From: Candidatus Hydrogenedentota bacterium
GTDB lineage: Bacteria; Hydrogenedentota; Hydrogenedentia; Hydrogenedentales; SLHB01
Direction of reading: 5' to 3'
Length of the DNA stretch: 64,000 nucleotides
Assembly (NCBI GenBank): GCA_963674865.2
Contig: CAXXYE010000008.1
Coordinates: 384,001-448,000 of the forward strand
The first letter of the stretch is position 1; each line of letters begins with the position of its first letter. A program made the translations under genes and the position numbers. Shown in pieces: positions 43,501 through 55,916 of the stretch. The notes beneath the pieces were generated by a model, which did no database searches, had not been told where the DNA came from, and saw only the letters and a list, made by a program, of their open reading frames with translations.

Positions 43501-43772
43501 CTCCGGACGACTACACTGTCGAGGCTTCCGCGCCCAATTACCAAAGCCAGACGAAGACGGTTGAACTCGGCGAAGGCGAAACGAAGATTCTCAATTTCGC
43601 CCTCGAGCCGGGCTCGGGCAATGGCCAAGGGCAGGGAACGGGTTGTGCGGCCGTGAAGGGCCTGCCGGCCGGCGGGCCTACTCCTCACGCGCGGGGCGAT
43701 ATGCTGGTGGCCGCGGCCCTCCTGGTGCTTCTGGTGCTTCTCCGCGGGAGAAGACGGCAGCCCGTCAGATAA
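40573..43772 (+). pseudogene. Surface protein (NHL repeats, C13/caspase-like domain, carboxypeptidase-regulatory-like domain, C-terminal anchor) split by one frameshift near 42052
   Basis: Adding one base to AAG CGA TT ACC GCC restores KRFTAAGESVDEIW...LYGVAVG and joins the ORFs ending at 42117 and 43772. Confidence 0.8.
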
Positions 43773-43787
43773 TGAGAGGATGAGAAG

Positions 43788-45764
43788 TTGACGCAAGACA
43801 CGCATGGGCTCTCTCTTGAGGGACCGCAATACAGCAATTCCCTCGGGCAGAGGTTCGTCCGTATCGATCCTGGGACTTTCTCCATGGGCGTGGGCGATAC
43901 GCCGCTTCCCGAAGATGTTGCGGAAAAGCCTCATCGCTCGCGCGGCGACTATGATGAGCGCCCGGAACACGAGGTCGAACTTACCCGCCCCTTCTATATG
44001 GGCGTTTGCCAGGTTACCAACGCCGAGTATGAGCAGTTCGATCCGGATCATCGGGCGTTGCGTGGGAGGCTTGGCTTATCCAAGGAAGATGATGAAGCCG
44101 TTGTCTTCGTCAGTTGGCACGATGCCGCCCGATTCTGCGACTGGCTCTCCAAGAAGGATGGACTGCCGTACCGCCTTCCTACGGAGGCGGAATGGGAATA
44201 CGCCTGCCGCGCCGGCACGCGCACACACTACCATACCGGCGATCATCTGCCTGATGTATTTCTCAAGAATGCGCGGCGATCATGGTTTCCCGATCCCGAG
44301 CGCACCGAGCCCGGCGACGTGGTTTCCCTTACCGTGGGGAAGACGCCCCCGAATGCGTGGGGATTGTGCGATATGCACGGCAACGTCGAGGAATGGTGCT
44401 ACGATTGGTACGGCCCCTACGAGCCCGGCAAGCAGACGGATCCTATAGGCCGTGTCGCGGGCGACTTCCGCGTCACCCGTGGCGGTAGCCATTCGGCCGA
44501 GGTCTACTATCTTCGCTCCGCCAATCGCATGGGCGCTCTGGCCGACGAATCATCTTGGCTCATCGGTTTCCGCGTCGTCATCGCCCCGCTGCCGAACACG
44601 GCGCCGTTGCCGGTTGCGGAGCGCCCTTTAGCGCAGTGCTTCGTCGAGCAGCACGTTCCGCCTGATCTCAAGGTGGCGCCCGATACGGACGTGCCGTACT
44701 TCCGCGGGCCGAACACCTTCGTCAAGATCCCGCCCGAGTCGAACGGGCCGATGTACTCGCATCACAATCACGTCCCGTCCATCGCGGAATGTCCCAATGG
44801 CGATCTGCTTGCCGTCTGGTACTCCTGCAATGAGGAATCGGGGCGCGAGTGCGCTTTCCTCGCGAGCCGGTTGCGCTACGGCCAATGCGAATGGGAGCCC
44901 GCGTCGCCGCACTGGGATGTGCCCGACCGCACGCAGGCTACCGTGGCTCTTTGGTATGACGGCGCCGGAACGCTCCACGAGTTCACCGGCCTCTCGGCCG
45001 CGGCCACGTGGGGGAATCTCTGCATTGTTCTGCGGACCTCAAGCGACAGCGGCGCCTCCTGGACGGCGCTGCGCGTCATCGTGCCGGAACACGGCATCCG
45101 GCATATGCCCATCCCCTCCATATTCCGCGCCATCAACGGCGCCATCGTTCTGCCGTGCGATGCGGTTACCGGCGGGCACGGCGGCACGGCGCTTTGGATG
45201 AGCGAAGATGACGGCGCGTCATGGTTCGACGCAGGCGGGACAATTGCAGGCATCCACGCCGGCGTCACCCAGTTGCCTGACGGGCGTCTTCTCGCCTTCG
45301 GGCGCGGGGATGAGATCGACGGCATGATGCCCATGAGCGTTTCCGAGGATATGGGCAAGAGCTGGCGGCGCAGCCCGAGCGTGTTTCCGCCCATTCACGG
45401 CGGCCAGCGACTCGTCTTGAGGCGTCTCCAGGAGGGGCCGCTCTTCTTCGCCTCGTATGCCAATGAGCCTATGATGATCACCGACGCATCCGGCGCGGAG
45501 CGTCCCATCGAGCACCTGTTCTGCGCGCTATCGTTGGATGACGGCCAGACATGGCCTTTCCGCCGGCTCGTCAGTGACGATTATCCGGAGCACGCCATGG
45601 AATCCATGGATGGATACTCGCTCCCGATGAGCAAGTCGACTTCCGAGCACGCCGGATATCTTGCCTCCTGTCAGGCCGCCAACGGGCTCATACACCTCAT
45701 CAGCAGCCGCGCCCACTACGCCTTCAACCTGGCTTGGCTCAAGTCGCCGCCGCCGGCGTTGTAG
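43788..45764 (+). CDS. FGE-sulfatase (SUMF1) domain fused to a BNR/sialidase-like propeller
   Basis: RLPTEAEWEYACRAG, NAWGLCDMHGNV.EW; Asp boxes SSDSGASW, SEDDGASW, SEDMGKSW, SLDDGQTW. Confidence 0.88.
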   Translation: MTQDTHGLSLEGPQYSNSLGQRFVRIDPGTFSMGVGDTPLPEDVAEKPHRSRGDYDERPEHEVELTRPFYMGVCQVTNAEYEQFDPDHRALRGRLGLSKEDDEAVVFVSWHDAARFCDWLSKKDGLPYRLPTEAEWEYACRAGTRTHYHTGDHLPDVFLKNARRSWFPDPERTEPGDVVSLTVGKTPPNAWGLCDMHGNVEEWCYDWYGPYEPGKQTDPIGRVAGDFRVTRGGSHSAEVYYLRSANRMGALADESSWLIGFRVVIAPLPNTAPLPVAERPLAQCFVEQHVPPDLKVAPDTDVPYFRGPNTFVKIPPESNGPMYSHHNHVPSIAECPNGDLLAVWYSCNEESGRECAFLASRLRYGQCEWEPASPHWDVPDRTQATVALWYDGAGTLHEFTGLSAAATWGNLCIVLRTSSDSGASWTALRVIVPEHGIRHMPIPSIFRAINGAIVLPCDAVTGGHGGTALWMSEDDGASWFDAGGTIAGIHAGVTQLPDGRLLAFGRGDEIDGMMPMSVSEDMGKSWRRSPSVFPPIHGGQRLVLRRLQEGPLFFASYANEPMMITDASGAERPIEHLFCALSLDDGQTWPFRRLVSDDYPEHAMESMDGYSLPMSKSTSEHAGYLASCQAANGLIHLISSRAHYAFNLAWLKSPPPAL

Positions 45765-45773
45765 GCCGATAGG

Positions 45774-47174
45774 CTATTTCAGCGTGTCGGCTATGCCATC
45801 CGCGTCGGCATCGGGAAACTCGACGACGAAGATCTGCTTGAAATCCTCGCCTTCGTAGTTGTAAGCCCGCTTGCCTTCGGTATCGAATGTGGGCACGATC
45901 TTGGCGAACGAGAGGAGCTTGCCGTCGGGCGACCAGCAGAGGTTGTCTCGCTCCGGTTCATCGCTCTGCGGCGTCAACCATACCGATTTGCCGAAAAGCT
46001 CTCCCGGCTTCACGCAGGTGACCACGATGCCGTTATTGCTGACGCATGCTATCGAGTTGCCGGACGCGTGCCACCGGATGGCCCCACCGGCGCCCTTCGG
46101 GAAGGATGTGGCCTGAACCGGACGCTTCGCCGGGTCGGGATCCTTGTCCGAGCCGTCCGAAGCGATTAGGAACACCTGCGTGGTGCCGTCCTCGGCCTTG
46201 GCGAAGTAAGCTATGCGCTTGCCGTCGAGGCTGCCGCGGGCGTCACCTCCGGCCCAGGAGTGAGTCAGCCGCCGGATGCTTACGCCCCTGGGGGGTGTTG
46301 GGAACTCTGTGGCGGAGCCGGCGCCCGCTGTGGTGATGTCCACATCGGCGGGGATATCGATTACGAACAGGGATTCCTCATACGATTCGCCATCGGCGGC
46401 GCGGACTTTCCCAATAAACGAGCGCATCGTGCCGTCGCGGCCCACCCAGGAGTCCTTATTGGCCTTTTCGATCTCGCCCGGCTTCGACGTTCCCTTGGGA
46501 ACCACCGGTACGAGCACCGCAAACCAGTGAGTTGCCCCGCCCGGCGCGTCAGGGCGCTTCTCGAGGTAGCCCACGGTCCGATCGTAATCCTGGAGCAGGA
46601 AGTCATTGTACGTTAGGCCGATGCGCTTGCCGGACCCGCAGTACTCATGGCGGTGCGTACCACCACGATGGGCGCCGGGAAGCGTGGGGCGCGACGTGTC
46701 AATATCGCGATAATCCAGCCACGTCATCGTGCCGCTCCCGTCGGCAATGACTTCGGCGCCCCGGCGGTTCATGGTGCTGTAGTAGCCTCTCGCCGGGACT
46801 TCGTCAAGTAAAGGGCCGTGAATGAAAGCGACCTTGTTCTCCACGGGAGAGAAGAAGGGCGCGCCGATGCCCGGGGCGGGCTCATCACCTATCACCGACG
46901 CCGGCGGCTTGTAGAGCACGGTCTCTTTGCCGGTGGCGACCTCAACCATCTCAATCGTCTGGCCGTTGCCCATCCCGTGCCCGTCTGTTCCACGCGTGTC
47001 GTAGCAGATGTAGCGGCAGTTCGGTGAGAAGTTGTCATTGTTATCTGGATTGTGGCACTTGGCGGAGAACGTGATCTGCCGCTCTTCCGCCCCGGCTGCG
47101 GCAACCAAGGTTAGTGCTGCGGCCAGGCATACCCACGCAAACCGATTGCTCAACATATGGAGACTCCTTTTCAC
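45774..47174 (-). CDS. Secreted DUF3748/YidR-like beta-propeller protein
   Basis: Signal peptide; ERQITF, YDTR, FIHG, GA.RGGTH.H, TYND, WSPDGK. Confidence 0.75.
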   Translation of the reverse strand: MKRSLHMLSNRFAWVCLAAALTLVAAAGAEERQITFSAKCHNPDNNDNFSPNCRYICYDTRGTDGHGMGNGQTIEMVEVATGKETVLYKPPASVIGDEPAPGIGAPFFSPVENKVAFIHGPLLDEVPARGYYSTMNRRGAEVIADGSGTMTWLDYRDIDTSRPTLPGAHRGGTHRHEYCGSGKRIGLTYNDFLLQDYDRTVGYLEKRPDAPGGATHWFAVLVPVVPKGTSKPGEIEKANKDSWVGRDGTMRSFIGKVRAADGESYEESLFVIDIPADVDITTAGAGSATEFPTPPRGVSIRRLTHSWAGGDARGSLDGKRIAYFAKAEDGTTQVFLIASDGSDKDPDPAKRPVQATSFPKGAGGAIRWHASGNSIACVSNNGIVVTCVKPGELFGKSVWLTPQSDEPERDNLCWSPDGKLLSFAKIVPTFDTEGKRAYNYEGEDFKQIFVVEFPDADADGIADTLK

Positions 47175-47305
47175 GATTCTTGCCGTAGTCTTCGGGAGAT
47201 TGTCACGAATGGAACAGGAAGCGCTCCATGCGTCAGTTCCGAGTCACTAGCGCCACCCAGTCTATCAAGAAGCCGTGCGCCTGTCCAAAACGCCTTGGCG
47301 TACTT

Positions 47306-48385
47306 TCACGGCCTGCGCACCGCAGCGCTGATAATGCCCGCGCCAAGCACGTATTCATCGTCATCGTAAAACACAGCCCATTGGCCCGGTGTGACGGAAC
47401 GCACCGCCTCGTGAAATCGGACCTCAACCGCGTTTCCCGCGGGCGTCACCGTCGCGGGAACGGGCGTGTGAAGGTAGCGGATCTGGGCACGGCACTCGAA
47501 GGCGTCCGCGCGCGGCGCGGTGGAAATCCAGTTCATGCCGTCGGCAGTGAGGCCGTCACAGTAAGTCTCCTCTTCGTAGCCTACGGTGAGCGTGTTGCGG
47601 GCCGTGTCGATTTCGATCACGTAGAGTGGCCGTGGCGCGGCGATTCCGAGTCCTTTTCGCTGGCCGACGGTGTAGTCCATGATGCCGTGGTGTTCGCCTA
47701 GGACCTCCCCGGCTGTGGAGATAATCGGGCCGGGCGTTCCGGGGCCGACGCGTTGGTAGAGGAATCCGCGGTAGTCATTGTCGGGGATGAAGCAGATCTC
47801 CTGGCTTTCGGGGCGATGTGCGGCCGGCAAGCTGTTGGCGGTGGCATAGGCGCGTATTGTTTCCTTGGTTGACTCGCCGAGGGGAAACAGGGCGCGCGCG
47901 AGTTGCTCTTGTCCCAAGCCCGCAAGGACGTAGCTCTGATCCTTGGCTCCGGCCCGTGCCCGGCGAAGTGCCACGCGTTCGCCCCGGCGGGCAACGCGCG
48001 CGTAGTGGCCCGTGGCCAGATGGCTGGCGCCGAGAACCTTAGCTTCCTCGAGGAGCGCGCCGAACTTGATGGCCCGGTTGCAGCGGACGCAAGGATTGGG
48101 TGTGCGGCCGGCGAGGTACTCACGGGTGAAATCGGCGATGATCTCCGCTTCGAACCGGGCGGCCAAATGGACAACATGGTGAGGGATGCCGAGGTGTGCG
48201 GCCGCGGCTGCGGCATCCCGCGCGGCCGCGCTGCCGCAAGGGGAGAGGCCGTCGGGATCGGAGAGGGCCACCATGGTGAGGCCGACTACCTCATGGCCCT
48301 GCTCCAGAAGCATGGCGGCGGCGGCGGAGCTGTCCACACCCCCGCTCATGGCGACGCAGATCATAACCTTCGGTCGGTGGGGCAT
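47306..48385 (-). CDS. mnmA: tRNA 2-thiouridylase
   Basis: AMSGGVDSS, TPNPCVRCN, ATGHY, KDQSY, SQEICF, YTVGQRKG, TPGQ. Confidence 0.97.
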   Translation of the reverse strand: MPHRPKVMICVAMSGGVDSSAAAAMLLEQGHEVVGLTMVALSDPDGLSPCGSAAARDAAAAAAHLGIPHHVVHLAARFEAEIIADFTREYLAGRTPNPCVRCNRAIKFGALLEEAKVLGASHLATGHYARVARRGERVALRRARAGAKDQSYVLAGLGQEQLARALFPLGESTKETIRAYATANSLPAAHRPESQEICFIPDNDYRGFLYQRVGPGTPGPIISTAGEVLGEHHGIMDYTVGQRKGLGIAAPRPLYVIEIDTARNTLTVGYEEETYCDGLTADGMNWISTAPRADAFECRAQIRYLHTPVPATVTPAGNAVEVRFHEAVRSVTPGQWAVFYDDDEYVLGAGIISAAVRRP

Positions 48386-48452
48386 AGGCTTTCTTACGAG
48401 GAAACAAACACACCGAGATACCGGCCGGTGTCTGTGCGTGTTAGGCGGGCGT

Positions 48453-48893
48453 CTACGGCCTCGGTGCGCCTACCGGGCCTTGTTGCGGGGGCGTCGGCCT
48501 GGGAGCGCCTCCCTCACGGGATTGAGGCCGCACTTCTCCCGGCGGCTTCATCGTGCACTTGCCCTCGAAAATGACGCCCTCGGCGATGCTGACGCGTGGT
48601 GCGGTGATATCGCCCATCAATTTGCCCGTTGCATTGATCTCGAGGCGGTCGTTGGCGAACACGTTCCCTTCGACTTCGCCGCTGATCACAATCTGGCCGG
48701 CCACAAGATCCGCCTTGACCCGGCCTGATTCCTGGACGACGACGCTGTCTTCGCTCTGTACGCTGCCGCTCACGTTGCCCTCGATGCGCACAGTTCCCTT
48801 GGACTTTATCTCACCGGTGACGGTGGTGCCGCCTCCGATGATTGTCACCACCTTGGTATCGCTGTACGTCTTCTTCTTCCCTGAATCGAGCAT
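48453..48893 (-). CDS. Bactofilin (polymer-forming cytoskeletal protein)
   Basis: TIIG.GT.VTGEI...VRIEG...ISGEVEGNV...GDI.A..VSI.EG..FEG.C.M. Confidence 0.92.
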   Translation of the reverse strand: MLDSGKKKTYSDTKVVTIIGGGTTVTGEIKSKGTVRIEGNVSGSVQSEDSVVVQESGRVKADLVAGQIVISGEVEGNVFANDRLEINATGKLMGDITAPRVSIAEGVIFEGKCTMKPPGEVRPQSREGGAPRPTPPQQGPVGAPRP

Positions 48894-48895
48894 GA

Positions 48896-49894
48896 TCAGT
48901 CCCCGAGATATCGTCTTGGATTCACCGGTTTCTTGTTGACGCGGACTTCGTAGTGCAGGTGCGCGCCTGTGCTGCGCCCCGTATTACCCAAGGTGCCAAT
49001 CACATCGCACCGCTCCACCTCGTCGCCCGCCTTCACGTTCCGCTTCCTCAGATGAGCGTACCAGGTTTGAAAGCCGCCGCCGTGGTCGAGCTTCACGGTG
49101 TTGCCCAGGTAGCGGTCGTAGCCCGAGTAGATGACTACGCCCTTGGCGGTGGCCATAATCGGCGAGCCATAGGGCGCACCGATGTCCAGGCCGCTATGGA
49201 AAGCCGTCTTGCGCGTGAACGGATCTTTGCGGTAGCCGAAGGAGGATGTAATGCGCCGCGAGTCTTCATCGACGGGCCATATGGAGGGCATGCGCTCGAC
49301 GCGATCTCGCTGGGCCTCCATGGCCGTTAATAGCGCCTCGAGACTGTCCTTACGAAGCGCGATTTCCTGGAGGATCAGGTCGGCTGAGGGCCGGGCCAGG
49401 CCATAGATCAACTCCGGCGGGTCAATGGCGTCTTCGCTGAGTTCCCCGGCAACGTCCGAAATGCCGCCTGGCAGCCCGCCTTGCCCGCCGGAACCGCCTC
49501 CCACGCCGCCATCCGTCGAGGCGGCCCGGGGCGGCAGGCCGTGGATCTCACGAACCTGGGCCTCGATATCGTAGAGTTCGGCCAGTTTGGCGGCCACCGC
49601 GGCGTTGCACTGCTCATATTCCGCCCGGATAGAGCGCTCCAGTTCAGCCCGCTCTTCGTCGGCAAGTCCTGTCTTCGCGGGTTCGGTTCGCTCCGTATTC
49701 TCGAGCGCCTGGTTTTCTGCCCTAAGTCTTTCGGTTTCAGCCTCTAAGGCAGACGACCTGCGGAAGAAGAAAGCCGAAGAAAATGACAAAAGTAAGATTA
49801 ATCCGGCAAGAAGGAGGACGGGAAGGAAGCTGACGTTGAGTGTGTGTGAGCTGCCCCGATCATGGGGAATCAGCATCACAGTCCATTTCTTCAT
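48896..49894 (-). CDS. M23 peptidase with TM segment and coiled coil
   Basis: PSIWP, FHSGLD, YAHL, STGAHLHYEV. Confidence 0.93.
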   Translation of the reverse strand: MKKWTVMLIPHDRGSSHTLNVSFLPVLLLAGLILLLSFSSAFFFRRSSALEAETERLRAENQALENTERTEPAKTGLADEERAELERSIRAEYEQCNAAVAAKLAELYDIEAQVREIHGLPPRAASTDGGVGGGSGGQGGLPGGISDVAGELSEDAIDPPELIYGLARPSADLILQEIALRKDSLEALLTAMEAQRDRVERMPSIWPVDEDSRRITSSFGYRKDPFTRKTAFHSGLDIGAPYGSPIMATAKGVVIYSGYDRYLGNTVKLDHGGGFQTWYAHLRKRNVKAGDEVERCDVIGTLGNTGRSTGAHLHYEVRVNKKPVNPRRYLGD

Positions 49895-50123
49895 GCAGGG
49901 AAAACTCCCGAGTCTCTTGGTATGGGATCTACCAGCACAACCCCCGATAAGGCTGATTCTAATCTACCTATGACTTCCCTCGCTCTTACGTATCCCAAGA
50001 TTCCCCAAGAAGTTTCCTTCCTCTGGATGCTGAATATAGCACGCGGCCATCCTGAAGTCAACTTTGTCAAGCCCGCCTATTCGAGCCCATAGCGCCAGAT
50101 GGCGGGTGTCCGAAGGGGCGGGA

Positions 50124-50966
50124 CTACTCCTTGTGGGGTACCTTCGCGCCGCGCGCTTCGATGGCCCACTCCTCTTCAAAGACGAGGCTGGCATCGAGCG
50201 TCACCTCCTCAAGCGCTCCCTGGAGTGCGGCGCCGTAGCTGCGCGTGGGGTCGTCGAGGAGACATAGGCACGTGCATCCCTGCGGCACGGCCACCGCCTG
50301 CTGGGGCATGGTGAGGAGCCTGCGCGTCCATACGCCGGACGTGTTCTTGAGCGATATCTCCGGCACGAAGGCGCCCAAGACGACCCCCTTCATGCGAGCC
50401 GTCGGCGGAACGGGGATGAGCCAGTGCTTTATCGAGTTGACCACTGCCGGGGCGATCTCGTCCGTGCCGGTGATGGGCCGGATTTCTCCGTCGGCCTTTG
50501 CGATTCGTACGGTGGTATCGTGGGGCACCCGGGCCGTATTGCGGATCGCGAAGCGCCCCGGGTGGGTCGCGGTGGCAAGAATCGACACCCGGAGCCGGGC
50601 CCGCGGCTGTTCTCCCAGCAACTGGATTTCCTTCTTCAGGCGGACATTCAGGCGTTCGGAGGCGGGCCCCAGCAGGGCAATGTAGTCCGCGCGCTGCTCG
50701 ATGACCTCCGCGGGGCCCCGGCAGATGGCGGCGCCGTCGTCGGAGTGCGGCAGCAGGTCCGTGCAGAGGCCGCCCGGCTGAGGCGGCCCGCCGTCGGCAA
50801 TATGCGCCGTATCCACGAACAGCGGATCAACGAAATTTGCGCCCCCGGGGAGCCCCACGAACCGGATGGAGAACCACTGGGGGTCAATCTCGATGCGGAT
50901 CGCCCCGTTATCCAGCGTGAGCGGCCCGGTGAAGACCACTGCCAGGACAACGGCGAATGCGGCCAT
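50124..50966 (-). CDS. Secreted hypothetical protein
   Basis: 280-aa ORF with hydrophobic N-terminus and SD GGAGG. Confidence 0.6.
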   Translation of the reverse strand: MAAFAVVLAVVFTGPLTLDNGAIRIEIDPQWFSIRFVGLPGGANFVDPLFVDTAHIADGGPPQPGGLCTDLLPHSDDGAAICRGPAEVIEQRADYIALLGPASERLNVRLKKEIQLLGEQPRARLRVSILATATHPGRFAIRNTARVPHDTTVRIAKADGEIRPITGTDEIAPAVVNSIKHWLIPVPPTARMKGVVLGAFVPEISLKNTSGVWTRRLLTMPQQAVAVPQGCTCLCLLDDPTRSYGAALQGALEEVTLDASLVFEEEWAIEARGAKVPHKE

Positions 50967-51246
50967 AAGGTCCTGTCCTCCGACGTGAGAGCAATGACGG
51001 CCATTGCTCTTTCCTGACGCATTCTCGCCATTTCTCCCGCGTGATGCAACGCCCGCAAGACTCTCTGGGGAGGCATCCGCAGCCAGGGAGAGAGCCTCGG
51101 CAGGTTCCTCCTGTCTCCCGAGTCTCTGTCATTTCTGCGGGGGAATACCAAAGATCCTGCGCTTGTTGACCAGAATTACAAGCTAGGCGCCCACGGGTGC
51201 GGCAGAACAGCGTCCATCCGCGAAGGCTGCCTCGGGAGGCGATGCC

Positions 51247-53474
<2,228 letters not shown>

Positions 53475-53553
53475 CGGCGGGAAGGGGCAAGGGATGGCTG
53501 GCCGAAGCCTCAAGACACCGGCGCCATGAGCGTTGCCTCATGATTCGGGTGCT

Positions 53554-53934
<381 letters not shown>

Positions 53935-54138
53935 TCACCGATCAGCTAGTCTGTCCCCACCCACGCACGATGCCAACCGCGGTTCGGCCCCGGGGCCGAA
54001 CTGGCAACGCGAGAGCGCGGATTCCTCGACGAGGGCGAGCCGAACGCTCAGGTAGCCACCTCGCCAAGTTGCCGTGACGCGTTCTTCCTCGTCGGGCCGC
54101 GGCTCTCCGCGGGGAACGGACCGCCTTCGCACGGCGGC

Positions 54139-55506
54139 CTAGTAATCGTAGCCGCGCTCGTCGTGCTGTGAGAGGTCCAGTCCTTCGGTTTCGTCCTGTT
54201 TGCTCACGCGCAATCCGAGCGTCGCGTCGATAGCCTTCAGCAGGATGTAGGATACCACGCCCGACCACAGCAAAGTCACGACAATGCCCTTCAGTTGGGC
54301 GAGCACCTGAGCCGCCATGGACAGGTCATTAGGGGCATATCCACCCAGCGCACTGGACGCGAAGAAGCCCGTGAGGAGCACGCCGAGCGCTCCGCCGACG
54401 CCGTGGACGCCGAAGGCGTCGAGGGAATCGTCATAACCGAACTTGCGTTTGACGGTCGTTGCCATGAAGAAGCAAGCCACACCGGCGGCGAAACCGATGG
54501 CAATGGCGCCCATCGGGCCGACAAATCCCGCGGCGGGCGTGATGGTGGCGAGTCCCGCGATAGCTCCGGTGCTCATCCCCAAGACACTCGGCTTGCCGTG
54601 TTTACGCCATTCGATGAACATCCAGGTCACCGCCGCGGAGGAGGCGCCCAACTGAGTGGCCAGCATGGCCATGGCGGCCGTCGTGTTCGCGGCGACCGCG
54701 CTGCCGGCGTTGAAGCCAAACCACCCCACCCACAGCATGCCCGTACCTACGACGGTTAGCGTCAGGCTGTGGGGCGGCATGGGGGCCGTTGGATACCCCT
54801 CGCGCTTTCCGAGCACGATGGCGCAGATCAGCGCGGCGATGCCCGCGTTCAGATGCACGACGATGCCGCCGGCAAAGTCCAGCACGTTGCGATCCGCCAG
54901 GAGCGCGCCCGGGCCTCCCCATACCATGTGGGCAATGGGGAAGTACGCCAGGATAGTCCAAAGGCTCAGGAACCAGAGCATTGCGGAGAACTTCATGCGC
55001 TCGGCGAAGGCCCCGATAACCAAGCCAGGGGTGATGATGGCGAAGGTAAGTTGATAGCAGAAGAATAATGCTTCCGGAATCGTCTGCGAACCGTACACAC
55101 TATCCGGCGTGATGCCCCGGCAGAATACCTTGTCCAGGGCGCCGATGAACGAGTGCAGCGAAACTTGGCCCTCCGCCATTCCCTGGGTGCTAAAGGTGAG
55201 GCTGTATCCGAAGACGGCCCATAACACCGTTACCAGGCTCGTGAGCACGATGCACTGCATCAGCACCGACAAGACGTTCTTGGTGCGGACAAGGCCGCCA
55301 TAGAAAAGGGCCAGGCCCGGTATCGTCATGAACAACACCAGCGCCATAGATGTGAGCATCCAGGCCGTATCCCCCGAATCGATAGCCGTCGCCTCCTGCG
55401 CCAAGGCGTTTGAGGCGAAAACGGCAAGTGCGGTGGCCGCGGCTATGCGCCTCCCCCATCTTTGAACCGTGGACAGCGTGGCGGCTTTCTTCAATTGTGT
55501 GTACAC
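54139..55506 (-). CDS. amtB: Ammonium transporter
   Basis: PGLALFYGG, DFAGG.VVH, GWFGFNAGS, DDSLDAFGVHG. Confidence 0.98.
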   Translation of the reverse strand: MYTQLKKAATLSTVQRWGRRIAAATALAVFASNALAQEATAIDSGDTAWMLTSMALVLFMTIPGLALFYGGLVRTKNVLSVLMQCIVLTSLVTVLWAVFGYSLTFSTQGMAEGQVSLHSFIGALDKVFCRGITPDSVYGSQTIPEALFFCYQLTFAIITPGLVIGAFAERMKFSAMLWFLSLWTILAYFPIAHMVWGGPGALLADRNVLDFAGGIVVHLNAGIAALICAIVLGKREGYPTAPMPPHSLTLTVVGTGMLWVGWFGFNAGSAVAANTTAAMAMLATQLGASSAAVTWMFIEWRKHGKPSVLGMSTGAIAGLATITPAAGFVGPMGAIAIGFAAGVACFFMATTVKRKFGYDDSLDAFGVHGVGGALGVLLTGFFASSALGGYAPNDLSMAAQVLAQLKGIVVTLLWSGVVSYILLKAIDATLGLRVSKQDETEGLDLSQHDERGYDY

Positions 55507-55671
55507 GCACCTTCCTCCTCTAGCTCCAGTTTGCTCCCAACGCTCAAGGGATTTGTGGCCGTCGGCAGGCTATTGCAGACACACATTCATACACATGCGT
55601 GGTTAATCGAGATAAGAAACCACGCAGATGTAGAATCTCACCGTGGAATGCAACCTCCCGTCCTCTATTTA

Positions 55672-55688
55672 AGCAAGCGCTGTGCCGG
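55672..55688 (-). promoter_or_regulatory. sigma54 (-24/-12) promoter of amtB-glnK
   Basis: Minus strand CCGGCACAGCGCTTGCT = GG-N10-GC. Confidence 0.7.
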
Positions 55689-55916
55689 ATCGCGTCTTTC
55701 CTGCGCGTGGCCTGGCTGCGAGCATGGCTGAGTCTCGTGTCAGGCACCGTCTCTTGCGATAGTGTCCGGCCCGGTTTTGCTCGCATTGCCGGATGGTGGT
55801 ATGCTGGTTCGACTTAGCACGAAGCTATCGCCAAGAAGGCTTGACAACGTAGTAGGCGCATCCGGATCTGCGCCGGATGGACGGCAAGAACCACACTTTT
55901 CCTTGAAGGGCATCAC

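Noticed and set aside
50970..51246. SAM riboswitch or T-box upstream of cysK (also checked 55700-55916 before metB)
   Set aside because: No recognisable SAM-I core or T-box motifs by eye; an Rfam scan would be decisive.
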